64,000 nt of DNA. Origin: an uncultured Chloroflexia bacterium (lineage in GTDB: Bacteria > Chloroflexota > Limnocylindria > QHBO01). The DNA lies in NCBI GenBank assembly GCA_963825525.1, contig CAWGTN010000002.1, forward strand, positions 896,001-960,000. The letters are read 5' to 3'. Below are positions 62,379-64,000 of this stretch, piece by piece. The notes below the pieces were generated by a model, which saw only the letters and a list, made by a program, of their open reading frames with translations, was not told the DNA's origin and did not search any database. Position 1 is the stretch's first letter; every line of letters begins with the position of its first letter. The position numbers were made by a program, and so were the translations under genes.

Positions 62379-63496
62379 CAGCGTCGACGACCGCCGACAT
62401 CGCGCGCTGGCGAGCCAACCTCCAGGGCGAGGTCGACGGCGCTCACGTCTATCGGGGCATGGCAGCGAACGCGGGCGATCCCCGAATTGCCACGGTCTAC
62501 GCCGAGCTGGCGGCGGCGGAGGAGCGTCACGCGGATTTCTGGCGCGAGCGACTCGCCGGCGCGGGGGCTTCTGCGCGGATCAGCCCGTCGCCCCGGGCCC
62601 GCGTGATGGCTCTTCTCGCCCGTCGACTCGGCGCCGGCATCGTCGCCCCGACCATGGCGAGCCAGGAACGCCAGGGACGGACAATGTACGACGACCAGCC
62701 CGAAGCTGCCGGCACCAGCCTCCCCGACGACGAGCGCTCGCACGCACGGACTCTGCACAAGATCACCGGCGGGCTCTCGGGTTCGATGCTCGCTCGTTTC
62801 GAGGGACGGCATCGCCAGATCGGCGGCAATGCCCTGCGAGCCGCCGTCCTCGGAGCGAACGACGGGCTCGTCTCCAACTTCAGCCTGGTCATGGGCGTCG
62901 CGGGCGCCACCGCGACCCGCGAGCCGATCATCATCGCCGGGGTGGCCGGCCTGCTGGCGGGCTCCCTGTCGATGGCTCTTGGTGAGTGGCTGAGCGTGCA
63001 GAGCTCCCGTGAGCTGTACGAAAACCAGATCGCAGCTGAACGGGACGAGATCGAGGCATTCCCGGCCGAAGAGGAAGAGGAGCTTCGTCTCATCTACGAA
63101 GCCAAGGGCATCGACGCACAGGATGCGCGTCACCTGGCGCATCGGATCATCACCGGCGATCCGCAGGTCGCCCTGGACACCATGGCGCGCGAGGAGCTCG
63201 GCATCGATCCGGATGAGCTCGGAGGGTCAGCCTGGGTCGCCGCCCTCACGTCATTCGTGCTCTTCTCCCTGGGGGCCATCGTTCCTGTCGTGCCGTTCCT
63301 GGTTACGTCCGGGCTCGGGGCGATCGTTGCCTCGGCCGCGTTCTCGGCGGCCGCGCTCTTCGGCCTTGGTGCCGCGATCACCGTGCTTACCGGTCAGCGC
63401 CCGATTCATGCCGGTCTTCGGCAGGTCGCCTTCGGGCTCACTGCCGCCGCCGTCACGTTCGGCATCGGCAGTCTGCTGGGGACGGCCATGGGCTGA
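62375..63496 (+). CDS. VIT1/CCC1-family metal exporter with N-terminal ferritin-like domain
   Basis: E...EERH and ERSH ferritin-like motifs, [30 protein letters not shown]. Confidence 0.9.
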   Translation: MTASTTADIARWRANLQGEVDGAHVYRGMAANAGDPRIATVYAELAAAEERHADFWRERLAGAGASARISPSPRARVMALLARRLGAGIVAPTMASQERQGRTMYDDQPEAAGTSLPDDERSHARTLHKITGGLSGSMLARFEGRHRQIGGNALRAAVLGANDGLVSNFSLVMGVAGATATREPIIIAGVAGLLAGSLSMALGEWLSVQSSRELYENQIAAERDEIEAFPAEEEEELRLIYEAKGIDAQDARHLAHRIITGDPQVALDTMAREELGIDPDELGGSAWVAALTSFVLFSLGAIVPVVPFLVTSGLGAIVASAAFSAAALFGLGAAITVLTGQRPIHAGLRQVAFGLTAAAVTFGIGSLLGTAMG

Positions 63497-63549
63497 TCGA
63501 AGATGAAGGCTGGTACGCTCGTGAGGCAATGGCCCTCCGCGAGGCTTCC

Positions 63550-64000
63550 ATGACGACCACAACCGATGGCATGTCCACGCTCGACCAGGACGAGCTCGAC
63601 CGACTTGACGCCTACTGGCGCGCGGCCAACTTCCTCTCCGTCGGCCAGATCTACCTTCTCGACAATCCACTCCTGCGCGAACCGCTTCGGGCGGAGCACA
63701 TCAAGCCCCGTCTCCTTGGCCACTTCGGCACCGTGCCAGGCCTCAACCTCGTCTACACCCACCTCAACCGTGCGATTCGCGACCGCGACCTCGATGCCAT
63801 CTTCATCGCCGGGCCTGGCCATGGCGGCCCCGGAATCGTGGCGAACGCGTACCTGGAGGGCACGTACTCGGAGGTCTATCCAGCTGTCGGCCGCGACCTC
63901 GATGGCATGCGCGCCCTGTTCCGCCAGTTCAGCTTCCCCGGCGGGATCCCGAGCCACGTTGCGCCGGAGACACCCGGCTCCATCCACGAGGGCGGTGAGC
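63550..64000 (+). CDS. xfp: Phosphoketolase (5' part, runs off the window)
   Basis: Translates as ...[23 protein letters not shown]...[10 protein letters not shown]...GPGHGGP...[24 protein letters not shown]. Confidence 0.93.
   Translation, partial: MTTTTDGMSTLDQDELDRLDAYWRAANFLSVGQIYLLDNPLLREPLRAEHIKPRLLGHFGTVPGLNLVYTHLNRAIRDRDLDAIFIAGPGHGGPGIVANAYLEGTYSEVYPAVGRDLDGMRALFRQFSFPGGIPSHVAPETPGSIHEGGE

Overview
High-GC (roughly 70% by eye) chromosomal window from a probably monoderm bacterium. Gene content suggests Chloroflexota (Limnocylindria-like) or Actinomycetota, which is inference only. 1-18 kb: surface-polysaccharide locus (deacetylase, AsnB amidotransferase, alpha/alpha-barrel protein, methyltransferase, beta-helix protein, AlgD-like dehydrogenase, two GT4, Wzm/Wzt, membrane protein, and a large GSDH-NPCBM protein with an exact 445-bp internal duplication). 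18-31 kb: proline dehydrogenase and a complete tkt-tal-pgi-gnd-zwf-opcA-pgl operon. 31-52 kb: housekeeping and repair genes (pncA, glgP, M23 peptidase, Prim-PolC-like polymerase and LigC, beta-CASP nuclease, SAM hydrolase, amino-acid ABC transporter). 52-64 kb: USP, LexA-box-preceded lhr, and a DosS/DosR-like two-component system with DosR-type boxes before neighbouring genes (GNAT, CoA transferase, VIT1-family exporter), followed by xfp. The most notable non-coding signals are a promoter flanked by DnaA boxes that drives a long RNA hairpin (50.9-51.1 kb), a structured anti-SD leader before a zinc-ribbon gene, the DosR and LexA boxes, and pervasive leaderless promoters. About a dozen genes are split by frameshifts, nearly all net +1, most likely long-read errors. 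I recognised no rRNA, tRNA, CRISPR array or transposase. All family calls come from motif recognition by eye; no database search was run.
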